Part shown: positions 1 to 11,142 of the stretch, in pieces | Layout of the letters: every line of letters starts with the position of its first letter | Numbering within the stretch: position 1 is the first letter of the stretch | NCBI RefSeq assembly: GCF_006345805.1 | Contig: NC_042999.1 | Location: 116,994,001 to 117,058,000 of the forward strand | Source of the DNA: Octopus sinensis | Taxonomy: Eukaryota | DNA: 64,000 bases | Direction of reading: 5' to 3' | Program-made: the position numbers and the translations under genes | Notes under the pieces: generated by a model | The model's database searches: none | What the model was told of the DNA's origin: nothing | What the model saw: the letters and a program-made list of their open reading frames with translations, nothing else

Positions 1-289
1 CAGTCAAATGATTGAAACAAGTAAAAGAATGATGTAATAGAGTAATTCAATATGTTGATTAAAAAAATCTGGTAAGATAAACATATATTTTTTAATTAAT
101 GTTTAATCATAGTAGATGAAAAGGAAGTTGTAAACCAGGATAGATGTGGATAAGGGTCAAGGGAAGATAATAAAGTATCGATCTTTTAAATAAAAATGAT
201 ATGATCATAACGTAAATCCAGTAATTTAATTTATCTCATCACCATATGACCTCACCAGTCAGTGAATATTTGTAAAGTTTAACAATGAT

Positions 290-2460
290 GCCCTTCTCCT
301 TAAACTGAAATATACTAAAAAACATTCTTTACTGACTGTTCTGTTGATTTTAGTACCCTTATACGTAGCACTGACAACTTTTGCAAACCACTAATTTACA
401 CCTAACCTTTTCATTGTCCTCCACCGGACAACAGATCATAGGACTCTGTCAGAAATCCTCTTTTTATCAACAAGTCAGTTGCTCTTTACTAAGTATTTTT
501 CAAGTGTTTCTTCATAAAATGCTCAGTAAAGCAATTTCTAAGATTTTCATAACAAAAATACAAAAATCTATAATTTACACTACCTGTTTATAAATAAAAG
601 AAAAAGCTATTTCCCTCCCAAACATTATACATTTTAGTGCTTCATTCTCAAGCTTACCAGAATCCAGTTAGACATGGATCAGATTCCTTTTCGTGACTTC
701 CACAATATCAAGTAGTGCAACTAAATTGTTTCTTACAGACTTTTGTGCTTATGTGACCCATAGATCTTTTGTTGATTGCATAGTCACAATTAAGCAAACT
801 TTGAAAATTTCTTTCCATTGGTTGTCAAGTGTTTTATTCCTTCATAAGTTTTATGCTATCTTGAGATCTAAAGAGTGTTAGACCTGTTATAGTCAGACCT
901 TCAATTGCTTTAGATATGCTGAAGGAACCTTTTATGTTATGCATGTCATCTAGTTTCTGGATTTCAAGTGCTGTGGTTTGCCACCAATTATTCTTCATTG
1001 CAAGTGTTTGTTTCTGGACTACAGCCTTTGTTTGTTGGCAAACAATTCTTTTATGCTCATTATTCTTATTATTTTGGTAAGGCATGAAAATCTGCTCTCT
1101 TTCTGTTATCAGCTCTTTGTTGTAAAGGTTCTCATTGACCTAGTCTTGGTGTTTTCTTGCCATAAATCCCAAGGATTCCTGATTAGGTGCATACTTTTAA
1201 ATGTACCATGCATTTTCAATGATGTCACAATATTCCAGACGGATGGATGATGACCTAAGCATTGCTAAAGACACCTTGCTTTTTTGGGTCTGAGGATACA
1301 ATGTAGATTTTCTTCTGGTATAATTTTTGCTAGCAACATTACTGTGGCATCATTAGAATTGTCTTATTAGTTTATATTTGACTATGGTCAAATGTTAGGA
1401 TGCATGTTAGGTACCCATCCATACAATGGTATTGTCAATGCTAGTACTTTGATTGCTGATACTGCAAGGGATCCTTGTATCTGTTTGTATGAATGGTGTA
1501 TTAGTGATTAACTAGCTGTATTTCTCATTTAATTAGGAGTAGAATACTATTTAAGTTGAACCTTTCCCAGCCTTTATTTCTAAGTGTATAATTTTAGAGC
1601 CTTGAATGTTTGCCAGCTTTGATACTGAAGTTACACATAAGATGATTTTGCCTTGTTTTAGTATTCCGGGTAAGGTACAGTCAAAGTTAATGTAAAATTC
1701 CTCTTTAGCTTTCTTATATGCATCACATGCACCATTTGAGTGCATATGTACTGATGACTGTTATGTATCTGTTAGAGTCAATAAGCATTAAGCAAGGAAT
1801 CATTACTATTACATTGATGCCAGTAGGTAGTCCATGTAGCCTATTGACCAAACTGTTGCACACTGCAAAGCCTATTCCCTGTCAGTCCTATTTTTCTAAC
1901 TGATTTTCTTTCTAAAAGATATATCCACCACCATGCTTCTTCTGCTGTGCCTCATTGGTTAATCTTGTTTTGCTAAGGCTCACAATGTCAATATTAAAAG
2001 CTGTCAGTTTCCTAGAGGAGAATACTGACCATCATTTCATTTTGTTTATAAGAGTCTGAAAATTCCAAGATCCAAATTTTATTTTGTATTGTTTCAACAG
2101 CCAAAAAGTGATCCTTCCCCACCACTGCAGATATCTATTTCGGGAAGCTGAACCAAGCTATGCTTGAAGCACCTTTTCGAGTCTCTCTTTACTGTGGTGT
2201 GAACAGAACAGACCCAAGAAAGAATTGCCCAGAAATATCAGCAACTGAAATGTATGTATTATCTTGATTCAAATCTTTGACAGCAATCCTCCAGCTATTA
2301 CTTCCATGCTATCTTGTGATTAGGAGTTCCTAGATGTCACAATCCTCCCAAATGCTATACAGACACAAACTGTGTGTCGATAGCCAGCTGGAAAAGATGT
2401 TTTCCTGGGGGTTAAAACAACAGTAACATCGTCCTTTATAGGACCGCCACATTCTGTTGG
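290..2460 (-). mobile_element. Decayed RTE-clade (BovB-like) LINE, APE endonuclease plus linker
   Basis: Minus-strand translations NIDIVSLSKTRLTNEAQQKKHGGGY (~1925-2010) and KNNWWQTTALEIQKLDDMHNIKG (ORF 834-1085) are typical of RTE ORF2; many stops and frameshifts. Confidence 0.82.
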
Positions 2461-3099
2461 CATATAAACATTACTCTCTGGTACTGTTACTGAATAACAC
2501 CTGCTCAGAGATTTAAAACAAGTTGTTTTTCTCTATACAATCCTATTTTTTTTTTCCACTAAACACTTTGAGGCTGTTTCTTGGGAACGTCTCAGCACAG
2601 TTTTATTTATGATGGAAAATAACGGTTGGAAATCAATTCCAAAACAATCTTAATAATGGGAATCTTTGGAGCAAGGATTAAGAGCCCAACAGAATGAGGA
2701 GGAAGCAAACTGATGCGAGCATCATCTGTTATCATAGTGTTGGTGACATGTTAATTACTTCGCCCATTCCACCAGACTTTGTTCTTGACAGGCCCTAAGC
2801 ATAGGAATAAGAGAAGTCGTTAGCACTTGACCAAAGTGTCCTCTCAAGTCTCAAGCAGAAGACGTGACTTAAATGTCGCTTTCACAGGTTGACTACGAGG
2901 AGTGTCCTGCGCCGTATCCAATGCTGATAATACTGACAAAAGTAGTATAAGCATTGCACGAATGTGTGTATTAAAAAATATCATATAGTGAAAAAGAAAA
3001 TAATAATAATGATTATAATGATTATAATGATATTAATAATAATAATAATAATATAAAGTGTGTTTTCTGCGTATAATTTAAATGAAAACTGAGTACAGA

Positions 3100-3710
3100 C
3101 ATACAATGATAATAATGAGGAAAAGGTGGAGCAAACAGCAGCAGACGCTATGCACGCCTCGTGTTAACTGACGCCTTGTTACGAAGTCACTTCAAGGGTA
3201 ACTTTGAATGAGCGTTTGATCAATAAATTAGTTGTATTTATTTGAGCCGGAAAATACTTAAGAACCTATACATGTGTTATCTGAAATAAATCGGGAACAG
3301 CTGATAAGTATTGGCGAATAAAAAAAAAACATAAAAAAACGCCTTGTAAAAAAATTACAATCATACGAAAAAAAAAAGCGAATGGAAAGGTGAAATATTT
3401 ATTGGTCAAGGGAGATAATCAAATTTTAATTAATTTTTTTTTGTTTCTCATCCCCCCTCGTTTGAAAGATTAACATTTTGCAATATCTGGTAATATTAAC
3501 AATATTGTAATTGATTGACAAAATAAAAATTCACGTGACATTAAAGAATATTTTCTAATAAATCTAAAATGTCAATCAATATATATTAAATCAAATTTTC
3601 CGTACCACCCCCACCACGCAAATCGCTACAAGTTGAATGTATATTTATCTTTATTACGAAACTAACGCTACAAATATTATTAGGACCAGAAGACCTCAAC
3701 ATCGACAAGT
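3100..3710 (+). promoter_or_regulatory. Putative MPI promoter / CpG-retaining region with E-box TCACGTGAC (3531-3539) and CCGGAA ETS-like site (~3247)
   Basis: CpG dinucleotides are visibly more frequent than in the downstream introns; the motifs were read directly. Function is inferred from position upstream of the ATG. Confidence 0.45.
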
Positions 3711-3729
3711 ATGGCAGACGACCCTTGTG
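3711..3729 (+). CDS. MPI: Mannose-6-phosphate isomerase exon 1 (MADDPC/V)
   Basis: ATG GCA GAC GAC CCT TGT G followed by donor GTTAGT. The phase-1 end joins exon 2 (G+TT = Val) to give MADDPCVFPLKC, matching the human MAAPRVFPLSC start, where exon 1 is also tiny and phase 1. Lies in a CpG-rich region. It is short, so less certain than the other exons. Confidence 0.8.
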
Positions 3730-4252
3730 GTTAGTAAGCTTTCTTGTTTTATATTTTTAAACTGCTGCATAATGATTTTACTACTTTTAAGTTACTAGTC
3801 GGTGTATGTAGGTAAGCTCCACTTATAAATTTTAGCATTCAAATGTGTACGTCTTTGTAAAACTTCGTGTCGAATCCACGCGAAGTCCCTGCTAGTTGTT
3901 AACGAACGGCTCAGCGCTTGGTTGTAACCAATCCTTCTTGATTGTTAACATTTGAAACCGATGTAGTCAGGTTTACACGTAGATATGTACATGGAGATAT
4001 ATATATATGTACACACATACACGTATATACATATCTATACTCAGGTATACACATATACAGGTACACACACACATATCTACGTACATAAACACAAACACCG
4101 ACATACATTATATCTATCTATGAAGCAGCAAGCAAAACATGTTAAACCGTAGTCACTGTTTCGCGTACCGTCTTCCAATGCATCTCTATATTAATTGCTG
4201 TTTTATGTACTACGTACTTTTTCTTGAGGCTTATGGATTCTTAGATGTCTAT

Positions 4253-4261
<9 letters not shown>

Positions 4262-4314
<53 letters not shown>
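4262..4314. repeat. (TA)n microsatellite, representative of many
   Basis: Direct reading. Others: (AAT)n ~3000-3052; (TA)n ~4497, ~8690-8745, ~26677, ~40471; (CT)n ~38874-38910; (GT)n ~43278-43322. Confidence 0.95.
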
Positions 4315-4317
<3 letters not shown>

Positions 4318-4494
4318 CATGTATGTATAGACATCTAAGAATCCATAAGACAAGAAAGAAAAAAAATAACAGTCGCTTATATATTTGTCAATAGAATGTA
4401 TGTCCATATATATATGGGAAAGACGTAAATATTTCCTATATTCCTTCAAGTCATTCTATTTTCTTGATATTTTTCTTTAAGATGTGTCTGGATA

Positions 4495-4525
<31 letters not shown>

Positions 4526-7500
4526 TGTATGTGTGTCTGTCTCTCTCTCTCTATATATATATATAAATATATATTGTATGCGTGTGTCTATATATATTTT
4601 TGTATGTGTATGTGTGTAATCGTGTTAGTCATGTAGGTTATTAAAAATACAGATTACCAAACTGTTTAGTTATTCAGTTTTGCTTTATAATTAATTATTC
4701 TGTAATAATGTATTTTCAAGATATTTCATAGTGTGTGTATTACTAGCAATTAATGAAACAAAAGTGGAAATATCTTTATCTAATGACTAATATGATTATC
4801 ATGGCTATCCATTTGTTTTCGGTTTAACACAATCTGAAACGAAACCATTAGTCAAACAGTACAACTCAGGTATTTGTGAATGTATATATATATATATATA
4901 CACACGCACTAGCATATTTTATATCAAACCTGATATTAAAGTAGGCATTGTTTATTACATAGGCGGAAAAAAATTATACGGTTGGTTTTTTAAAACTGCT
5001 TAATTGCAACTTTTACAATTTTGGTGGTGAGATTATTTCGAATAACCCTTAAAAACTGATAAATATCAGAAAATGTTTCCGTTAGACACAGACTAATATG
5101 GGAGCCGTGTTTGATTAGTAAACGTTTATCTATGGAAACTAATGACCTTCCACTCCTGATCTATTCTGATATTCTGTTCTGGCCTGCTATAAAATTATCG
5201 TTTTCATGTGTTTCTTCTTCTCTCCTCCCACTCCTTTTTGCTCTGGCAACACCAAGACTAGTTAGTTACACTACTATTATAAATTTTCTACTAATACACA
5301 TGTACTCTAAATCTGTTTACCTCGCGCTTTGATATCTAGTTGGAGGGAAGGAGTATATATTATCCATCTACCTGTCTTGTTTGTGTCTATCTCTATACAG
5401 TGTTGTCATGTCCTCTAAAACTTAACCCTTTGGCGGCTAACTTACAAAACCTTTTTACTTCCTTGTTTGTATATAAATGTTTTGACGTTAAATAGACAAA
5501 ACAAAATTTTGTAACGAAGTTACGCCTCAGTAAAATCTGACGATTTCTTTCTACCTAACATACGATATTCCTGTTACAGCTTGTTAAAGTGTTGAATAAT
5601 TTTCAGTTTTCTTTTGCTCTCTTCTGTAACATCTTTATTATAATAGGCTGTATTTATTTCTATTTCATTTAAAGGTTAAGTAGAAATATGTTTATCAGCT
5701 CGACATAGTACTCTCACAAAGACGCAATTCTCTCTAAACTAGGACGAAGTACTGTGGTGCTTAGGTTGTATGTGCGTGTGGGTTTTTTTCTAGTTTTATT
5801 TTGATCTGGTCAGAGAAGCTGTAAACAAAAACTAGTGTAAAAGAGCTTGTTCATCATACCAATTTGACAGCTAGGGGTTTGTGATGTATCATTCTCCCTC
5901 TTATTTTACGCAAAATAGCGAAAAACATGAAATAAAAAAAAAAACAAACTGGAGAATGTTACAAAACATGAAATCTACCCGACATGTAGCAGCAGCAGCA
6001 GGAGCTTGATTATGAGTGTACGTGAGTTTTGTACGTGTACAGAATAGCTAAGTGTGGATATGGTGATGATTATGATTATGGTATCGAAGCCGACCACCTT
6101 CTCTTCCTACTTAGTCTGGTTTTGTGTGTGCGTGTATGTAGCAGTAGTGTCGACATTGAGTGAAAGGATGCTATTAACTCGAGATAGACACAAGCCAGCT
6201 ACTACCACCACTAATATATAGCAAATCAATCTCTTCTCCCTCTGTTTAGTCATTTACCTATATATATATATATGTGTGTATGTGTGCGTGTGCCCCTATT
6301 ACTTGTTTGTTTGATTTTGATAGTCTATATTGATATTCTCTCGCGCTTTTGAGGGGTGGACGTATTTTATATTTAATTATCAGTTGGCGTTCAATTCTCC
6401 AACCGTATTCTTTGATAGGGTATATAAATTTTGATATTTACCCTTTCTTTCTTTATCCTCTTTTTTTTTCGTGGTTTGATTTTTTTTAAATGTTGAGGAG
6501 GTAATAACACGTATATATTAATAATTTATAGCTAATACCTAGATTTAAAACTTTTCTTGTTCATGAAAGCGTTGGTTTAGAGATAAGCATTTGTGCGAGA
6601 AACCTAATGTATTGATCACATTGAAATGCTGCTAGTTTCGAATTACCAGTTTGCTGACAGGACTGTCATTTATAAATATATTTCTCTTACTGACATGGCT
6701 ACTTATAATGATGTGATTTAAAGAATTCGTAACATTTTCTTCTCTTCTTTATGCCGCAGTTACTCAGTCTCATCAGCTTGAGTAGACCCGTCTACTCTTA
6801 AAGCCTACACCTTGTATTATTTCAGTACTCATTGTACAGAGAAAAACTTTCTCTTGTAAAGGTATTATAGGATAAAACAAACCTAAGAAATATCTATCCA
6901 AACACTCATTTGTAGACTAACTACATCCGATCCAGTTAATTTGACTTAGGGAATTTGTAATGTTTTGTGTATGACACTGGGATTTTGTTTGTTTTTCTTT
7001 TTCTGTAGACAGAAAAGCGGGATAATTTTCGCTTCTTATATTCATTCATTTTATCGAAACAAGTTGTACATACAGATCGGTATTATGTATTGAGATATAT
7101 AAATATATTTGTAAATCAATTTTACTATTAATGATTATAGTAGCTGTATAGGGATAGATGATAGTAACAAAATATACCTGAGTAATTTTTTTTGTTTCGT
7201 TATTTTTTGCATGTTCAAAGATAACGTTTAAATTTCTAGGTCAACATACCCTAACCGAACTGTGAAGGTCAGTTGTCTGTTGCTCAGTCATTTTCACTTG
7301 TAGTCGGAAATTAGTATTTTAAGTATTGCAATATGTTGTAACAATCAGCTTCACAACATACTGCGTTGAATATATGCTCTTTCTTTCACCTTTCAAGGTA
7401 GATTCCCCGATGGAGCCATTCCACTTACATCGCTAATGTCCTTGGGAAAGGCATGAACATTACAGCTTCCCACTTCCTTTTACAGTTTCTCTCAGTTAAT

Positions 7501-8499
7501 GCTCGCGTAGAAAAAACTATTTTACTTCCATTCTTTTCGTTTTATTAATCGTGAAATAATTTGTTCCCCCCTTAAGTTGTTCCTTAACCCCAGGTCGGAC
7601 CGGTCGTGCCTCTATGATCAAGGGCATTCCAGTTATAACCATCTATTATATTTTCTTCATACTTCATGTTTAAAGGGATTTATTATTTGATTGCCCATTT
7701 TTTAAAATCCTATATTGTGAAGTATAGTCTAGATATGATAGATTTGGCTATTATTTGAAGAAAGTTGAATGATCACTAAAGCAGAAAGAGGCCTCGTTAG
7801 TTCCATAACTAAAAAGTTGTATGAAAAGAATGCTGTAAACTTTAAAACCAACTTGCAAAATACTTATATTTACATTGAATACTGTACATATGTTAATACA
7901 AATCAGTCAAATAGGATCATTTTTATGGGTTGTATCACCCCCTTTCATGAGACTGTACATAAAGATTGACCCATGGTTATATACATTACCTGTATACCTA
8001 ACTCTTGTGGCTTACAAAGTTGTTGAAAATCGCTTCAAGAAATGAGCCTTTTGATCTGTTATAACTGAACACTGCAAATAAAATGTTTACACTTTCAATG
8101 TCATTTTAACTAGGTCCTCTTTTGAATTTATGAAAAGCAGTCACTGAGTGAAGTAGGAATTTCAGATTCAGTGTCTCTTGGCAAGAGTGAACCAAATCTT
8201 TATATTTCTGGCCTTATTAGTGGGGAAGACATTTGATTTGTTTTATAACTTCCAGCTACGACAAATACCTCAAGAATTTTATGGTAGTGTTATCATTTGT
8301 TGATTTTTGCCTTGCATGAACCAAGTGAATTGCTTGATCATGATGTCAGTCTATAGATGTGTGTGGCCGAAGTAGATTTTTTTTTCCTATTGGAAGTCTT
8401 TCAAGTAACACTGACTATTAATGAAATAGATACAGTTTTGGAATCAGATTACTGATGAAATATACTATTGACAATAACTGCAAATGCATGAAATATATA

Positions 8500-8702
8500 C
8501 ACTCTCTCCCTTTTACTTGTTTCAGTCATTTGACTGCAGCCATTTAGTCGAGCACATCGACCCCAGGACTTATTCTTTGTAAGCCTAGTACTTATTCTGC
8601 CGGTTACTTTTGCCGAACCGCTATGTTACGGGGACGTAAATACACCGGCATCGGTTGTCAAGCAATGTTGGAGAGACAAATACACATACATACATATATA
8701 TA

Positions 8703-8755
<53 letters not shown>

Positions 8756-8900
8756 TGTACGACGGGCTTCTTTCAGTTTCCGTCTACCAAATCCACTTAC
8801 AAGGCTTTAGTCGGCCCGAGGCTATAGTAGAAGACACTTACCCAAGGTGCCACGCAGTGGGACTGAACCCGGAACCATGTGGTTCGTAAGCAAGCTACTT
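8500..8900 (-). mobile_element. tRNA-derived SINE body (3' part), interrupted by the 8901-11565 insertion
   Basis: Reverse complement reads GAACCACATGGTTCCGGGTTCAGTCCCACTGCGTGGCACCTTGGG... (B box) with an internal (TA)n. Its 5' head continues at 11566-11603 (AGGCGTAGGAGTGGCTGTGTGGTAAG, A box). Confidence 0.85.
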
Positions 8901-8919
8901 TATTTCATTTTATTTGCCA

Positions 8920-9630
8920 TAAAGGCAGTATACAGAGTAGCTGCAGGCTAGACAAGACATTAATGAGGCGAATGATATGCGAGCGTGACCTAGGCATCAC
9001 TGTCAGTAGTGATTTGCGTTGGACAAAGCATATCTCTAAAATTGTCAAGAAGGCCGAGGGTGTCTTGGCATCACTCAGCAAGACTTTTGTTAGCCGCTCT
9101 CCAGCCATCTATTTAAAACTGTATACAGCTATGGTACGACCACACTTGGAATTCGCATCATCAGTTTGGAACCCCTATCTTGCTCAGAACATTGACCTCC
9201 TGGAATCTGTCCAGAGACGTGCAACCAAACGCATACCCTCCATCAGACACACACCTACCATATTCTGAGCGCCTTGTTTCCCTGGGCATGGATTCACTGA
9301 AGCTCCGGCGTCTGGCGACGGACTTGGTAAACACCCACAAAGTTATCAACCACCTCACCAACAACAACACTGAACACCTTTTTGATCTCCATGTGTCTAA
9401 CACATGTGGGCATGCCTACAAAGTCAGAAAACAACACAGCTCCCATGACTTTCGGAAACATTTTTTCACGCTCAGAGTTGCTGAAGCATGGAATAAACTG
9501 CCTGCATCAGTTGTTGACTGCCATGACACTGCATCCTTTAAGGCCCTCATGCTTTCCGAAATCTGCCGAAACTACACCTGATTATATATACACTTTAGAT
9601 GAGTTGTAGTGCACCTGAGCACTGTACACA

Positions 9631-9676
<46 letters not shown>
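8920..9676 (+). mobile_element. 5'-truncated CR1/L2-group LINE 3' fragment with (ATT)n tail
   Basis: CERDLGITVSSDLRWTKHI...LKLYTAMVRPHLEFASSVWNPY...LESVQRRATK...YSERL...LRVAEAWNKLP is the CR1 RT C-terminus; one frameshift in a CA run near 9250; (ATT)n at 9631-9676. Confidence 0.92.
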
Positions 9677-9678
<2 letters not shown>

Positions 9679-9861
9679 AGATGATAAAGATGGGAGAAGA
9701 CAGAAAGCACCTGCTGCCCCCCCCCTGCTTCTCTAAAACATTGTTCGTTAAAAAACAACATATATAGAAGTATAAAACCTCTTACAAATATATACAAAAA
9801 ATTGGACTAGAAGTCCATCGCAAAGGAAACAAATTTTATACATATGGAGGCGATAAACCTC

Positions 9862-11142
9862 TTACATTATTCCCTCAATTAACTCTTTTGCGGCCTGCAG
9901 GTATTCCTGCAACCACCAATCGGAGCCCCAAAGAAGTAATCTGTATTCCTCCTTTGGGAAGGATCTTAACCTGTGGAAAAAATCTTTTCTTTCCAGTACC
10001 AGTGCAGCCACCTGTGAAGGCCATTCTGGACTGTCAATAAAAATCGGGCCCATCTGAACCTGACTATCAAGATTATTGTCCACATACTCCTTAATCGCCC
10101 CTCCCTTGCGAAAGCGGAATACAAATTCCTCATCACTTTCATTGAGAGGGACCTCAACTACCTCGCTTGGTGGCACACATCCCACCGACAAGGTTTCCTT
10201 CTTCTCCCCGTCCGGTAGCACACATCCCACTGAAGGGATTTTGGGACATGCTGTCATCAGCAATGCCCTGTTTTTCTTTTTCTTCTTTCTTTTCCTCTTT
10301 GTGACAGGAGGGTGGAGTTCCTTCGACATGTCCAGAGGTCCCTCTTCCCCTCCCGCCACGTCAGGGTCCATTGGTGGCAACCATTGTTGCCCACCTTCTT
10401 TCTCTTAGTACCTTTTCTCAAGGAGGTTATCTCCTCCTCTCCCTCAAATGAAGGAGCAGGAGGCTCCGTTGGGGGAACATTGGGTTTACAATAATCAATC
10501 AACTGTTTCAGGACCTTCGTCTGGTCACGGCAACAGTTCTTCATCATGTGCCCTGATTCCAGGCACAGGTGACACTTGCGGGGAGGGGCGTCCCTCAATG
10601 ATCACCGGGTGCCTGGAACCAGCCATTGTCAAGAAATCTGGTAAATCCAGATCTTCGGCCGATTGGGCCCATAGGGTCAAAATTGCTTTTCACCCGACCC
10701 AATTCACTGCTGGCTGTATTTTTACATTCAAGATCCTGGCAGGGCCACCACCCAGGCCTCGACGGATAGAATCTTCTATCCATTCAGCCTCTATACCAAG
10801 CGGCAGCCCACACACCCAGGCTCTAGTCAATTTACACTCACCATAAGTGAGGAGAAACAAAATCTTCCTCCCAACTATAGGTTGGCTTGCGAATTTTTGA
10901 GCCTCCGTAGGGGTATCAAAAAGCACACACACCGTTGCGTACTTTGCATCCCTATGGATGAACCTATAAGTTGGCACAAATCCCACCAACTCTTCTGCAG
11001 TTTCACTCTGAGGGAATACACAGATGGTGTCGCAGACCTTGCAATAGATCTGCAATAACACTGTTCTCTCATCATAGTTTTTTAACCACTTCTTGGGGGC
11101 CACAATTCGCCACTCCAGGGCTTTTTTACATTTGGTTGCCAT
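9862..11142 (-). pseudogene. Disrupted L1/Tx1-type ORF1 (gag-like) protein with CCHC zinc knuckle, about 425 aa if repaired
   Basis: Three track ORFs chain together (10690-11142, 10257-10598, 9862-10380) through one TGA and two frameshifts. VIIEGRP-PRKCHLCLESGHMMKNC is a C-x2-C-x4-H-x4-C knuckle at 10533-10574, followed by a Pro/acidic/Lys-rich linker. Confidence 0.75.

Noticed and set aside
10690-10692. In-frame TGA in ORF1 as programmed readthrough or selenocysteine
   Set aside because: The same ORF also has two frameshifts, so simple decay is more parsimonious; no SECIS seen.
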